Source of the DNA: an uncultured delta proteobacterium
GTDB lineage: Bacteria; Desulfobacterota; Desulfomonilia; UBA1062
Assembly: GCA_963798485.1 (NCBI GenBank)
Contig: CAWCTR010000021.1
Location: 32,001 to 96,000 of the forward strand
Direction of reading: 5' to 3'
DNA: 64,000 nt
Under the pieces are notes generated by a model. It made no database searches. It was given only the letters and a program-made list of their open reading frames with translations, and was not told the origin of the DNA. A program made the translations under genes and the position numbers. Below, one piece after another: positions 18,918 to 29,562 of the stretch. Within the stretch, counting starts at the first letter, position 1. The number at the start of each line of letters is the position of its first letter.

Positions 18918-20796
18918 GAAGATCAAGCTCCTCACCATTGGAACTTCTGCGGCCGGGATGTTATGCCTGAGCCTTTCCGAGCTTCTGCCGTGGCCTGTTT
19001 TTATTATCCTTGCACTCGTGCATGTCATAATCCTTAGGAGGTATTTCGACCGTGAGCTGATCGGTCCCTGGAGTGCTTTAGCAATCATAACCGGTGTCTT
19101 TGCCTTTGACATATTCCAGATTGCCCTCATGGGAAGATCCGCTGTCGTTTCCACTGTCAGGGATATGATCCTTACGCTTGCCCTTATAAGGCTCCTCATG
19201 AAAAAGACACCGCGAGAGATCTATCAGATCGTCGGGATCTCCTTTGCCCAGTGTCTGCTGGCTACCATCTTCACCATAAGCCCCTTGTTCCTTGTCGGCC
19301 TCGTGCTCATGATATTCCTTATCCCTATGACCCTGTACGCCCTCGATGCCGAGTCTTTTTCCTTCACCCGGGCACTCAAGATCGAAAAGCTTCTGCACTG
19401 GGTCAAGGTCTCTATGGGTATCATCCTTACTTCCTGTCTTTTATTCTATCTCCTGCCAAGGCCGGCATCATCCCTTATCAAGCAAGGCCTGTCACACCGG
19501 GGAAGGATCTCTTTCACGGAAGATGTTGACCTGAAGGAATCCGGACGATCCGGCCAAGACCAGACGGTTGTGCTCAGGGTGGTGTGGTCTTCCGGAACGC
19601 CCCTGAAAAAGTTCTATCTCTCAGGCGCCAGGCTTGAGGGGATCTCCCCTGACGGTTTTTTCAAGCAGGAATCTCATGGATCAGTAGCCCCCATGTCCAG
19701 CAGCTTTACGGACAGGCTGACCATATACACAACATCACTGTACTCGGAAAATGTCTTGTTCCCGTTCTGGATACACGCTGTTCTTCCAAGGTTCTGTATT
19801 TTCAGAGGTACAAACCTATACTGGGCCGGGGAACCCCCTGCTGTGTACGATGTTTGGGTAAACCGTATGTCGGGGCTGGAAAACCCGGGCAGCATTGAAA
19901 TTCCCAATGAGCTCGCACAAGTCCGCGCACTTGCCGTTCGTGTTGCAGGCCAAGGAGATCCGGCTTTACGGGTACATCGAATTGCACGTTTCCTGATGAG
20001 GGCATGTGCGTATACACTCACTAAACAGACAATCCCTCCCGGTAGAAGAGGGATAGAGTGGTTTGTGCTGACCCATAGAAAAGGGAGCTGCGAGCATTTT
20101 GCATCGGCACTGGCTGCCATGATCCGCTCATGCGGCATACCTGCCCGGGTTGTCACGGGTTTTCTCGTGACCGAATACAATGAAAGCGGTGATTATTTCA
20201 TCGTCCGTGCTTGTGATGCCCATGCATGGGTAGAATACTTTGACAAAACCTGGGTCACTGTCGATGCAACCCCTACGGCCCGTCAGGCCCCAGGCATGCA
20301 ATTCCATATTATCGATGAGCTCCGTTTCCGCTGGATAAGATGGGTAATCCAGTACTCCCTTGAGGACCAGATAAACTTCACCGCCGGCATCTTCACCACT
20401 GCACCACGGATAGCTACACAGCTGGAATCCATGACAAAATATGCCCTCTTTGTGTTCTTTGCAGGATTGTGCAGCTGGATCCTGCACCGGATCTTCAGGG
20501 GCAGGAACGTTGTGCCATATGAAAGGATTCTCAGGCTTATGGCCGGGAAAGGGGTTGTTCTCCCAGAGAACAGCACACACCAAGAGCATCTCAAGATTAT
20601 TTCAGAGAACTGGCCTGCCATAGCACCCCACTTCGAGCACTACCTCACCATATATCTGGCATGGAGATTCGGTGATAATGAGATAGACATACAGGAGCAC
20701 ACAAGATTGATGCTCAGGAGAATCAGAAACACACCGGGTCCTTATAAAAGAATCCATCGCTTTCACATTACGAGAAGTGGCGGTCCGTCTGCTTGA
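18895..20796 (+). CDS. Membrane transglutaminase-like protein (DUF3488 + TGc, TgpA-like)
   Basis: Multiple TM helices, then catalytic triad GSCEHFA / HAWVEY / DATP. Confidence 0.88.
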   Translation: MPGSYTSEKIKLLTIGTSAAGMLCLSLSELLPWPVFIILALVHVIILRRYFDRELIGPWSALAIITGVFAFDIFQIALMGRSAVVSTVRDMILTLALIRLLMKKTPREIYQIVGISFAQCLLATIFTISPLFLVGLVLMIFLIPMTLYALDAESFSFTRALKIEKLLHWVKVSMGIILTSCLLFYLLPRPASSLIKQGLSHRGRISFTEDVDLKESGRSGQDQTVVLRVVWSSGTPLKKFYLSGARLEGISPDGFFKQESHGSVAPMSSSFTDRLTIYTTSLYSENVLFPFWIHAVLPRFCIFRGTNLYWAGEPPAVYDVWVNRMSGLENPGSIEIPNELAQVRALAVRVAGQGDPALRVHRIARFLMRACAYTLTKQTIPPGRRGIEWFVLTHRKGSCEHFASALAAMIRSCGIPARVVTGFLVTEYNESGDYFIVRACDAHAWVEYFDKTWVTVDATPTARQAPGMQFHIIDELRFRWIRWVIQYSLEDQINFTAGIFTTAPRIATQLESMTKYALFVFFAGLCSWILHRIFRGRNVVPYERILRLMAGKGVVLPENSTHQEHLKIISENWPAIAPHFEHYLTIYLAWRFGDNEIDIQEHTRLMLRRIRNTPGPYKRIHRFHITRSGGPSA

Positions 20797-21874
20797 AAGC
20801 CAGAAATTTGCTTCCCAGGAAATTTACCATCAATCCGCCCATTATGCCCATAAAGGCTGATAAAAGGTAATGTGATTTATAAAAGGTTACTTGTTCAAAT
20901 AGATAAACCGATATTGACCAGTTTATTGCAAAACCCAGAATGCATACCCCGAAAAAGGTTGCATACTGTCTGAAGAGATTACCATTCTGGGCATGTGAAA
21001 AGGTAAATCTGCGGTTCAAAAAGAAATTTGAGGTGAGGGCAAATATGAAACTCAGCACACGTGAAATCCGATATGGGATGGATAGGAGGCCGAAAGATAC
21101 AAAGAGACAGAACAGGTCGATAATCATGCCTGAAGCCCCTATGAGCGAGAACCTAATGAATTCAACCAGTGTCGGATATTTGTATTCAAATAACCGTCTA
21201 AGGTGCAGGAGATAGTATACCTGCTCCTTAAGATTGAGCTTGCTCTCTCCGTGGAGTCTCTCTTGGAACTGGATGGGTACTTCAATAATACTTACCGGTG
21301 AGGCCTTCACGATCAATTCCAGGCCTATCTTGAAGCCAAGCGGGTTAAGATGGATATGATCCTTTTGGATCAGGGATCTGGGAAAGGCGAAGAAACCGGC
21401 CATAGGGTCATTGACGCTGGTAAACGGACGTGCCAGCATTCTGGAAATCCAGGCATTGAGCTTTCTGAACCTGTTAAAATGTGGAGCACCTCCGTTTTTT
21501 ACAAATCGGCTACCAATTACAAAATCGGCCTGTCCCAGAACAATGGGGCCTACTAGTTCAGGGAGCTTTTCCGGGGGATGGCTGAGATCTGCATCCATAA
21601 CCACGATGATCTGCCCCTGACTACGGTTAAACCCTGCGATCACCGCCGAAGAGAGTCCTCTCTCCTCTTTCCGCACCAGGATCTTTATATTGTACTGTGT
21701 GCTTAAGTCATGGACGATGTCTTCTATACCATCATTCGAGTTATCATCAATGATGACAATCTCGTAAGCATGGTTTGCCATGGCTTTACCGATACGATCA
21801 ACCAAAGGCCGTATATTTGCTGCTTCCCTATAAGTGGGCACAATTAAAGATATACTATTGTCAGGCATGAACAC
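20768..21874 (-). CDS. Polyprenol-phosphate glycosyltransferase (GT2, DPM1-like) fused to GtrA-like domain
   Basis: VPTYREA, DDNSNDG, MDADLSHPP, GSRF, DPMAGFF; four C-terminal TM helices. Confidence 0.88.
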   Translation of the reverse strand: MFMPDNSISLIVPTYREAANIRPLVDRIGKAMANHAYEIVIIDDNSNDGIEDIVHDLSTQYNIKILVRKEERGLSSAVIAGFNRSQGQIIVVMDADLSHPPEKLPELVGPIVLGQADFVIGSRFVKNGGAPHFNRFRKLNAWISRMLARPFTSVNDPMAGFFAFPRSLIQKDHIHLNPLGFKIGLELIVKASPVSIIEVPIQFQERLHGESKLNLKEQVYYLLHLRRLFEYKYPTLVEFIRFSLIGASGMIIDLFCLFVSFGLLSIPYRISRVLSFIFALTSNFFLNRRFTFSHAQNGNLFRQYATFFGVCILGFAINWSISVYLFEQVTFYKSHYLLSAFMGIMGGLMVNFLGSKFLAFKQTDRHFS

Positions 21875-22009
21875 TCACCATCTGTGATATTTTTAAAGCT
21901 GCTTATTATGGAGCGAAGACAAAATAGAGTATTGGCCACGATAAGTCAATTGATGTGTACGAGGTGTTTTGATCTCCCCTAAAAAATATATCCTGTGCTG
22001 ATTGCAGCA

Positions 22010-23518
22010 TCATTGCGTTTGCCCAAATTTTTTACCGTTATAGCCCTGTCCCAGGAGAAGGTGTACACTCCTATCGCTGATATCGGTATTTCGGAAGGTG
22101 TAACCGTACTTTCCCAGGAGAAAGACCTTATCAAAGTAAGGTCGATATTTACTTAGAGAGTTGTCATTAAATCCGTATTCCAAAATAATGGCATTCTTGT
22201 TTTTCAGGTCTTTAAGATCAGGGAGGAATAAGAAGGATCTGGTGAACTTAACGCCTGGATACCGGGTACCGCTATAAAACACGGCCTCGGTCAGCCTCTG
22301 ATTATGATTCCCCAAGAGAAAATAACCTTGTTTGTGAGGGTTTTCAGAGATATAGGCGCTGATCTTTTCTCCAAGCTTCTGCCAGCCGTGGAATTGCACG
22401 GTGGTATCCTGATCAGGGGATAGCGGTAGTATGGGATGCAGCAGATGAACATGCAAAGCTATGTTCAAAATTATGGCGAGGATCACTGCCGCTGCAATGA
22501 ATACTCCATGGAATTTTTTTAATATATAATGTTCATGGTAGATACCGTACATCAGTATAAGGCCGGCTATATAGGCAGGGGCCGGCCAGTTGGCGGCAGC
22601 AACCTTACCCCTGACGGATGAGACTGCAAAGAAGAAAATAATAGGCCATGATAACATCATCAGATAAAGGTATTGAGATGTTGTTCTTTGATAGTTGAGT
22701 CTGAATGCCTTAATGGAATAGATAACAAAGGCGAGGAAGATAAGAGGTGTGATTACCCCTGCCTGTCCACCAAGATATGCCAGCAGCTTGGTAATGCCAC
22801 TGTGCTTACGGGGGTCGAATCCATGGTGCAGTTGAAATGCAAATGATAGCCAGTCGTGCTGAGCGTTCCAATAAATCACAGGTGAGAAGATTAACAAACC
22901 CAGTAGAAGAGCCAGATAGGGTTCTTTGCGCAGCAACCAGCGACGTTGGTTAGGATCGAGAAGGATAAAGGCGAACTGGCAAGGTACAATCAGGATCATG
23001 GTGTATTTACTTAAAAGACCCAGGCCCAGGGCGGCCCCCCATAGGTACCACCAGCGGGAGGCCGGGCGTTGAATGATCTGGGCGCCACAGTACAGGGCAA
23101 TGCTCCAGAAAAGCATCAGGGGTGTATCCGGCGTTTGGACTATACATGCGGTCGAAAAAAGTAATGTTATATTGGCGATAAAGAGCAGTTCCCAGGCCAT
23201 CTGCCGATGGCTGGGGAAGAGACTCCTGGCGGTCAAGAATATGAATACCTGAGTGATCACCGTGCAAAGCAGTCCCCCCAGACGTACAAAGAATTCGTTG
23301 TTCCCCCCCAGAAGGGTAAAAAAGGACATGATATAGGCAACCATGGGGGGGTGATCAAAATAGCTCCAGTCAAGATATTGGGACCAGTACCAATAATATG
23401 ACTCATCCGGTACCAGTTCCAGTCGACCTATGAAAAACATCCGGATGCAGTAGAAGATAATTAGGGAGAAGAGTATCAACTGGGAGCGCCTATTCATAAT
23501 CTCAGCAAAGTCAGTCAT
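22010..23518 (-). CDS. ArnT/PMT-like GT-C glycosyltransferase (GT39/GT83)
   Basis: DESYYWYWS, YFDHPP, TPDTPL, GLLSKYT; many TM helices. Confidence 0.87.
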   Translation of the reverse strand: MTDFAEIMNRRSQLILFSLIIFYCIRMFFIGRLELVPDESYYWYWSQYLDWSYFDHPPMVAYIMSFFTLLGGNNEFFVRLGGLLCTVITQVFIFLTARSLFPSHRQMAWELLFIANITLLFSTACIVQTPDTPLMLFWSIALYCGAQIIQRPASRWWYLWGAALGLGLLSKYTMILIVPCQFAFILLDPNQRRWLLRKEPYLALLLGLLIFSPVIYWNAQHDWLSFAFQLHHGFDPRKHSGITKLLAYLGGQAGVITPLIFLAFVIYSIKAFRLNYQRTTSQYLYLMMLSWPIIFFFAVSSVRGKVAAANWPAPAYIAGLILMYGIYHEHYILKKFHGVFIAAAVILAIILNIALHVHLLHPILPLSPDQDTTVQFHGWQKLGEKISAYISENPHKQGYFLLGNHNQRLTEAVFYSGTRYPGVKFTRSFLFLPDLKDLKNKNAIILEYGFNDNSLSKYRPYFDKVFLLGKYGYTFRNTDISDRSVHLLLGQGYNGKKFGQTQ

Positions 23519-23709
23519 TCGTATGAACCTCGGAGAAATCTTTGGACTCTTCTTTTAGCATGCTGCTAGGACTTTTGACTACCACAAGAAGAAGGAAGAC
23601 AGAGGGGAAGTGGACATATCAATTAATTCTATTGTTTTCTGCCCAATTCACAAGTAGAATTTAGCCGATTATGTCTGAGGCATCTAACGTTAGCTGATTC
23701 AGCAGGAGC

Positions 23710-25098
23710 ATGGGGGACCTAAATTTCATGAAATGGCGCTGGATAGTGCTCTTGCTCGTTATCGCACTCCCGTATCTCCACCTCAATGGGGCACACTTGG
23801 TGGATCTGACCGCTGGATCGCCGCCCGCAGGGGTGGCTCTGGAATACCATTATATCAGGCTTCTCCTTGAGCCCCTTGCCGGAGTTGCTGAGTATTTCTT
23901 CTCACATGAAGATCCCTGGAGGATGGTGAAAGCCTGGGTTTTCTGGATAGCAGTAATACCGGGACTCGTAGCCTTGTGGCGGAGCAGGAGATTGACAAGG
24001 GTACTTGGCGCAATACTGATCTCATGGCTGGCATTAATCACCTTCCTCGCCCTTCTTATAGTCCTGCCCTTGCCTACATTGTATCTCAAAGCCCCAGCGG
24101 ATTGGCTACGGGTTGACTTTCACTCACACACCTGGCACTCTTGGGACGGCATCGCTTCCCCGGAACAAAACCTGCTTTATCACAAGAGGTTGGGTTATGA
24201 TTGTTTTTTCATCACTGAACATGATATTACTGAAAGCTATCCTGAGTTTTCTAAAGAAGAGCGACTTCATATTGCATTTCCGGGTGTCGAGATGGTGAGC
24301 GCAGATGGCGTACGTTTTTTAATTCTCGCTGATCAAAAGTTTTCAATGTCTGAGTTCAACAACAAGAAAGCCAAAGAGATTATCAATAAAGCACATGAAA
24401 AGGGGTTCCTTGTTATTCATACGCATTCTTTTACAGGGCAGGATTGGAATTATCTTGCTAACCTAGGAGTCGATGGCTTTGAGATATACGATTCCGCTGA
24501 CCGTGGAATTACTCACGATGAGCGGATGAAGCTCATCCGTTTTTGCAAAGAGCGAAACCTGCCTATGGTCAGTGCCACGGACTATCATGGATGGTCTACC
24601 TTATCGGATGTCTGGACCCTTGTTAAAATACCGGGGAACATGAAGCCTACCGCTAAAATGCTGCTCGACCTTTTACGCAAGCGGACCGAAATCCGTGTTG
24701 TTGTCAACCAGCCGACAAGGGAGTATTTCGGTGCCGGATCTTTTTTTGAACCTTTTACAGGAACAATCCATTACTTCGGAAGCCTGAGCCACATAAAATC
24801 ATTAAGCTGGGCAGGATGGATTTTAACTTTAATGTTCTTACACAAGATTCTGGGCAAGAGAAGGTTTTTGCAATCCATCGCGATCTCCTTGTGCCTTTGT
24901 TTCCTCTCCTATTCTTTATTCATGGCTTATTGCTGGTATTTTATCCGTCCCGGCAGTGAGATCCTCGGATACCCCCGTGCTATGGCCTTAGCACTCCTTG
25001 CCTGTATGTGGTACATTGTGTGGCTATTTCTGCATACTCCGGCAAAAACATCGATTTTCCAGAGGCTTTTATCCTGGAAGAGACAGACAACCGTTTAA
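23710..25098 (+). CDS. Membrane-anchored PHP-domain metallophosphoesterase
   Basis: DFHSHTWHSWDG, ITEHD, GVE, ATDYHG metal-binding motifs flanked by TM helices. Confidence 0.75.
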   Translation: MGDLNFMKWRWIVLLLVIALPYLHLNGAHLVDLTAGSPPAGVALEYHYIRLLLEPLAGVAEYFFSHEDPWRMVKAWVFWIAVIPGLVALWRSRRLTRVLGAILISWLALITFLALLIVLPLPTLYLKAPADWLRVDFHSHTWHSWDGIASPEQNLLYHKRLGYDCFFITEHDITESYPEFSKEERLHIAFPGVEMVSADGVRFLILADQKFSMSEFNNKKAKEIINKAHEKGFLVIHTHSFTGQDWNYLANLGVDGFEIYDSADRGITHDERMKLIRFCKERNLPMVSATDYHGWSTLSDVWTLVKIPGNMKPTAKMLLDLLRKRTEIRVVVNQPTREYFGAGSFFEPFTGTIHYFGSLSHIKSLSWAGWILTLMFLHKILGKRRFLQSIAISLCLCFLSYSLFMAYCWYFIRPGSEILGYPRAMALALLACMWYIVWLFLHTPAKTSIFQRLLSWKRQTTV

Positions 25099-25103
25099 AT
25101 TAT

Positions 25104-25940
25104 TTATGGAGTAATTACTATCTCCACCCTTCTGTTCATCGCCCTGCCATCCTCTGATGTTGAATCAGCAATGGGCCGTGTATCACCATAGGAAACAGCA
25201 GAAAGCTTTTCTTTCTTGATATCCAGACTCTCTAGCACAAGCAGGACTGAAACAGCCCGAGCATGTGAAAGGTCCCACTGTGTGGGGTAAATCTTTAATA
25301 CCTGCTTCGGGATGGCAGTATTATCCGTGTGGCCGGCAACTTCGACATAGAGGGGTTTGAATTCATCCAGCCCTTTAGCAATCTTCTTAATAATGGATAT
25401 CCCCTTGGGCATCAGCCAAGCGCTGAAGGGAGATGGAAACAGGACCTTCTGAGGAATGATTATCTTTACTGCATCTTCCCCCTTGACAATATAGAGCTGG
25501 TCATTCATGCGCTCTGCTGCAAAAAAACTTGTCAGATAATTATAAGCCTTGTCCAGCCTCCACTGGGCATCCTTCTTTTCCTGGAGCAGGAGCTTGAATC
25601 GTGAGATCTGTTTGAGCAGCGCCTTGTTTTCCTCCATGCAATTGATGTTTTTATCAAGCAGCTCCTGCTTATTGGAATAACTTGACGTGATGTCTGCTGA
25701 TGCCTTTTCGAGATTCCTGCGGGCTTCATCAAGGTCCTTATCCAGACGTTTCTTGTCGGACTGACATGTCTCATACTGCTTCTTATCTGTATCCAGTTCA
25801 GATTGAAGGGCTGTATACTCTTGGGAGGTATGGCGGTGTGTACACCCTCCGACTATAAGAAACAAGGTGATAACGATAAAAAGGCTAAGTATTCTCTTCA
25901 TTTGTGGAAAGACCATACAATTTTCTTCCCATGGTGTCAA
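25104..25940 (-). CDS. OmpA/MotB-family peptidoglycan-binding lipoprotein with coiled coil
   Basis: Lipobox-like LIVGGC, coiled coil, VAGHTDN, WDLSHARA, YGDTRP, NRRVEI; no motA adjacent. Confidence 0.82.
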   Translation of the reverse strand: MTPWEENCMVFPQMKRILSLFIVITLFLIVGGCTHRHTSQEYTALQSELDTDKKQYETCQSDKKRLDKDLDEARRNLEKASADITSSYSNKQELLDKNINCMEENKALLKQISRFKLLLQEKKDAQWRLDKAYNYLTSFFAAERMNDQLYIVKGEDAVKIIIPQKVLFPSPFSAWLMPKGISIIKKIAKGLDEFKPLYVEVAGHTDNTAIPKQVLKIYPTQWDLSHARAVSVLLVLESLDIKKEKLSAVSYGDTRPIADSTSEDGRAMNRRVEIVITP

Positions 25941-26024
25941 TCATTTGGGCATGATGCAATTACTGTATTAATCTGCTGATGTAGACAACCGATGTCATCC
26001 ATGCGTATAATCTTAAAAAGAGTT

Positions 26025-27080
26025 ATGCGGATTAAACGATACATCTTTCTCTCTCTGGTTGAGGTGTTTAGCGGGACGATCGCTGTCTTGTTCGGCGTGA
26101 TGCTGATCATTCAATGGATCACATTCGGCAAGGCCCTTAGTATCAGGGATATCGACGTACTCCTGCTTGCAATGGTTCCCTTGTCGTCTTTAGTGATTCC
26201 AATGGGGCTTCTCTTCACCATCTTAATTGTCCTTGAAAGGTTATCAGTAGAATCCGAGATCATAGCAATGAAGGCATGCGGTGTGAAGTCACATACAATA
26301 TACTTACCTGTTATCTTCATGTCTTTTTCTGCCATGCTGCTCCATATGCTTATTTCTACAAACCTCGGTCCTATGGCTTTGAAAACAGTACAAACAAGAC
26401 TTTTGCAGGGTGCTTCACAAAAGATATTTTCCTTCCTAAGGGAACGCGAGTTTGATGATTCCTTCAAGGGTCTGATTGTGTATGTGGAGTCAGTGAACCC
26501 GAAAAAGAAGGAATTCAAGAATGTGTTCATCGAGACATCCGGCAACGAGAGATCGGTAATAACTGCAGAAAGAGGCACCATTGAGGTGAACAAGAGCTCC
26601 ATCATCATGAAGCTGAAAAACGGGAGCGTCTTCATGGACACAAAACTTGCCGACCGTTACCTGACGTTTGATGAATACAGGTTTTCTTTGGATGCTGATT
26701 TCAGCAGCCAACTACGGATAAAAACTTACGAATCAGCCACCCAGACCGAGTTCAGGAAGCTCATAAAGGAAAACCCGGACCCCCAAAAGATAAAGGAATA
26801 CTATAATCGGATTTCTTTCCCTATATTGAATCTGATCTTAGGTCTTGTCGGGATCAGTTTTGGCATCGTCAGACCTCGATCACCCAGATTCACCGGTTTC
26901 ATCATAGGGATCAGCACCATTATAGTTTATTACCTTCAGTTTTCCCTTGCTGATAGACTGGTCAGGGCTCAAATTATAGCGCCTCTCCTCGGGGCATGGC
27001 TTCCTGATATTGTTTTCACTTTATTGCTCTGCGTAGTCTTGCTTGCGAGAAAACTGCGGTTAAGCGAGGGGGGCATTTAA
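26025..27080 (+). CDS. lptF: LPS export ABC transporter permease LptF
   Basis: IKRYIF, ESEIIAMKACG, 3+3 TM arrangement around a periplasmic domain, AWLPD; paired with lptG. Confidence 0.85.
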   Translation: MRIKRYIFLSLVEVFSGTIAVLFGVMLIIQWITFGKALSIRDIDVLLLAMVPLSSLVIPMGLLFTILIVLERLSVESEIIAMKACGVKSHTIYLPVIFMSFSAMLLHMLISTNLGPMALKTVQTRLLQGASQKIFSFLREREFDDSFKGLIVYVESVNPKKKEFKNVFIETSGNERSVITAERGTIEVNKSSIIMKLKNGSVFMDTKLADRYLTFDEYRFSLDADFSSQLRIKTYESATQTEFRKLIKENPDPQKIKEYYNRISFPILNLILGLVGISFGIVRPRSPRFTGFIIGISTIIVYYLQFSLADRLVRAQIIAPLLGAWLPDIVFTLLLCVVLLARKLRLSEGGI

Positions 27081-28162
27081 TTATCAGTACGCTTAATAAA
27101 TATATTCTCATAAAGGCTTCATCCATGTGTTGTGCAGCATGTTTGAGTCTTACTCTTCTTGTTTTTCTCTCAACAATTTTCGGAAATTTAAGCGCCTTTT
27201 CCCAACGCGACACCTCCGGGGTTATAATTGTGCAGTATCTGTTTTTCTCTGTGCCTCAAATGATCTATTATGTACTGCCTTTCTCCATATGCATCGGTAT
27301 TGTTGCTACCCAGGCTCAGTTCTCCAGGCATTTAGAGACCATTGCAATGCAGTCATGCTCTGTCTCATTCCTCCGACTATCACTACCATATATCTTTGTA
27401 GGATTGGCATCGGTGTTCATCATGTCTATCCTTTCTTTCTCAGTATATCCACTATCTCAGCAACAGGCTGATAAGATAGATAATATATATATAAAAAAGC
27501 ATGATATAACAGGGTCTTTTTCGGTAAATGGGGGGAGGTTTAAAGTAGGTAACGATATATATTATGTTGAGCACCTGGACATCTTAAAAGGTATCATGCG
27601 CAATATCTTCTGTTACAGGACTAAGTCCGGCAAGCTCTATGCGATCCTCAGATCCGACCACGCAGCCTGGGATGGCAGGCAATGGAACACGAGTAAGATG
27701 GATACTATTGCGATGTCCACATCAGGGATTTCCTTCTCACAAGCTGCTTCATCGCTGCCACTTAAACAAGAACCTACCGATCTGGTAATGGCCGAACCAA
27801 ACCCTGAGGTTCTCTCTCTTTCCCAGTTGATGGAATACCGGGCACACCTCAGGGAAGACGGGATCAGATCAGTGAGCCTTGAAACCCAATTCCATAGCCG
27901 TATCAGTTTCACCATGGCCCCTCTTATTATGACCATGCTCGTCCTCCCTTTTGGGTTAAGGTTCCCAAGGGCGGGCGGCATTGCACGCGGTATATCCATA
28001 GGCATCATCCTTGGCCTCTTCTACTGGGCCCTTCATTCTGCTATGACAAATGCCGGTATTTCCGGATATGTGAACCCTGCATTAGCCGCCTGGTCTACCG
28101 AAATAGTTATGCTGAGCGCCGGAATACTTTTCATGATCAAGAGGAGGAAGACCTATGGCTGA
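27080..28162 (+). CDS. lptG: LPS export ABC transporter permease LptG (probable ATT start)
   Basis: ETIAMQSC, FHSRISF, PALAAW; in-frame N-terminal IISTLNKYIL upstream of first ATG (27125). Confidence 0.82.
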   Translation: MISTLNKYILIKASSMCCAACLSLTLLVFLSTIFGNLSAFSQRDTSGVIIVQYLFFSVPQMIYYVLPFSICIGIVATQAQFSRHLETIAMQSCSVSFLRLSLPYIFVGLASVFIMSILSFSVYPLSQQQADKIDNIYIKKHDITGSFSVNGGRFKVGNDIYYVEHLDILKGIMRNIFCYRTKSGKLYAILRSDHAAWDGRQWNTSKMDTIAMSTSGISFSQAASSLPLKQEPTDLVMAEPNPEVLSLSQLMEYRAHLREDGIRSVSLETQFHSRISFTMAPLIMTMLVLPFGLRFPRAGGIARGISIGIILGLFYWALHSAMTNAGISGYVNPALAAWSTEIVMLSAGILFMIKRRKTYG

Positions 28163-29510
28163 TGTGGTCATTATCGGTGCCGGACCTGCCGGGATATTTG
28201 CAGCACTCGAGCTTATAAGTGCAGATCCCTCTATGAAGATTGTCATCATAGAGCAGGGCAACGATATCCATAAAAGGACAAGAACCGGCAGAGAGATGCT
28301 TATCGGATGGGGAGGGGCAGGGGCATACAGCGATGGGAAGCTCACCATATCCACGGATGTGGGAGGCCAACTCTCAACCATCATCTCGGATGACGAACTG
28401 TTCAAGATGCTTGAGTACGTTGACGCACTGTATACCCGGTATGCACCTTCAAGTGATCTGTTTGCCTTGGAGAGTGATGAGGCAGGAAAGATCTCGGCCC
28501 AGGCCAGGCTTGCAGGCCTGGTATATATCCCCACAAAGATAAGGCACATCGGCACGGAAAACCTCCTGGTCACCCTTGAGAATCTCAGGCTATACCTCGA
28601 TGGCAAAGTCGATATGATATTCAATACGCACGTTGAAGAAATCCTTAATCAAGACCTTAGGGTTACCGGGGTGAGGTTGTCTGACGGAACAGTTATTGAT
28701 TCTCCTCGGGTCATTGCGGCGCCAGGCCGGGTGGGTTCGTCCTGGATGTCGAACCAGGCTAAGCGATTAGGGCTCGAAACACACCCGAACCCTGTAGACC
28801 TGGGGGTACGTGTAGAGCTTCCTGCCGTGATCATGGAGCATCTTACCTGCAGGGCCTATGAGACAAAATTCGTCTACTACTCCCGTACCTTCGACGATAA
28901 GGTAAGGACATTTTGCATGAATCCCTATGGAGAGGTCGTCATCGAGACCCTGGGTGATATCGTGACGGTCAACGGTCATTCTTGGGCCACAAAACGCACG
29001 GAAAACACGAACTTTGCCTTACTTGTGAGCGCTGATTTCACGGAACCATTCGACGACCCTATCGGGTATGGCGAATCAGTGGCCAAGCTCGCCAACATGC
29101 TCGGCAAGGGGGCAATCGTGCAAAGGCTGGGAGACCTCCTCGGCGGCAGGCGGACCACCCCCGAGAGGCTTCGGAAATGCTCCACCAGGCCCACCTTGAG
29201 GCAGGCCACACCAGGCGATCTGAGCTACTGCCTCCCCTATCGAATACTTACGGACATAGCCGAGATGCTCTCGAGCCTTGACCGTGTCGCCCCGGGGGTA
29301 AACTCTGCACACACCCTGCTCTATGGTATCGAGGTCAAGTTCTACTCCAACCGACCCAGGCTTGACGGCAACCTTATGTCCCAAATCGAAGGCCTCTATA
29401 TCATAGGCGATGGCGCGGGCATAACCAGGGGCCTCATCCAGGCGAGCTGCTCCGGGATTATAGCAGCGAGATCCGTGCTCAAGGAAAATCAATCACCTAT
29501 TCAAGAATGA
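28155..29510 (+). CDS. NAD(P)/FAD-dependent oxidoreductase (COG2509-like)
   Basis: IIGAGPAG, GWGGAGAYSDGKL, RHIGT, RTFCMNPYG, GDGAGITRG. Confidence 0.85.
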   Translation: MADVVIIGAGPAGIFAALELISADPSMKIVIIEQGNDIHKRTRTGREMLIGWGGAGAYSDGKLTISTDVGGQLSTIISDDELFKMLEYVDALYTRYAPSSDLFALESDEAGKISAQARLAGLVYIPTKIRHIGTENLLVTLENLRLYLDGKVDMIFNTHVEEILNQDLRVTGVRLSDGTVIDSPRVIAAPGRVGSSWMSNQAKRLGLETHPNPVDLGVRVELPAVIMEHLTCRAYETKFVYYSRTFDDKVRTFCMNPYGEVVIETLGDIVTVNGHSWATKRTENTNFALLVSADFTEPFDDPIGYGESVAKLANMLGKGAIVQRLGDLLGGRRTTPERLRKCSTRPTLRQATPGDLSYCLPYRILTDIAEMLSSLDRVAPGVNSAHTLLYGIEVKFYSNRPRLDGNLMSQIEGLYIIGDGAGITRGLIQASCSGIIAARSVLKENQSPIQE

Positions 29511-29562
29511 AATCAAAGAATGGGATCATGATCTGCACTCCACCCGAGCCACATCGGATTTA

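Noticed and set aside
25104-25940. Flagellar stator MotB or Zorya ZorB
   Set aside because: No MotA/ZorA partner; it has a lipoprotein-like N-terminus rather than a TM helix with the conserved Asp
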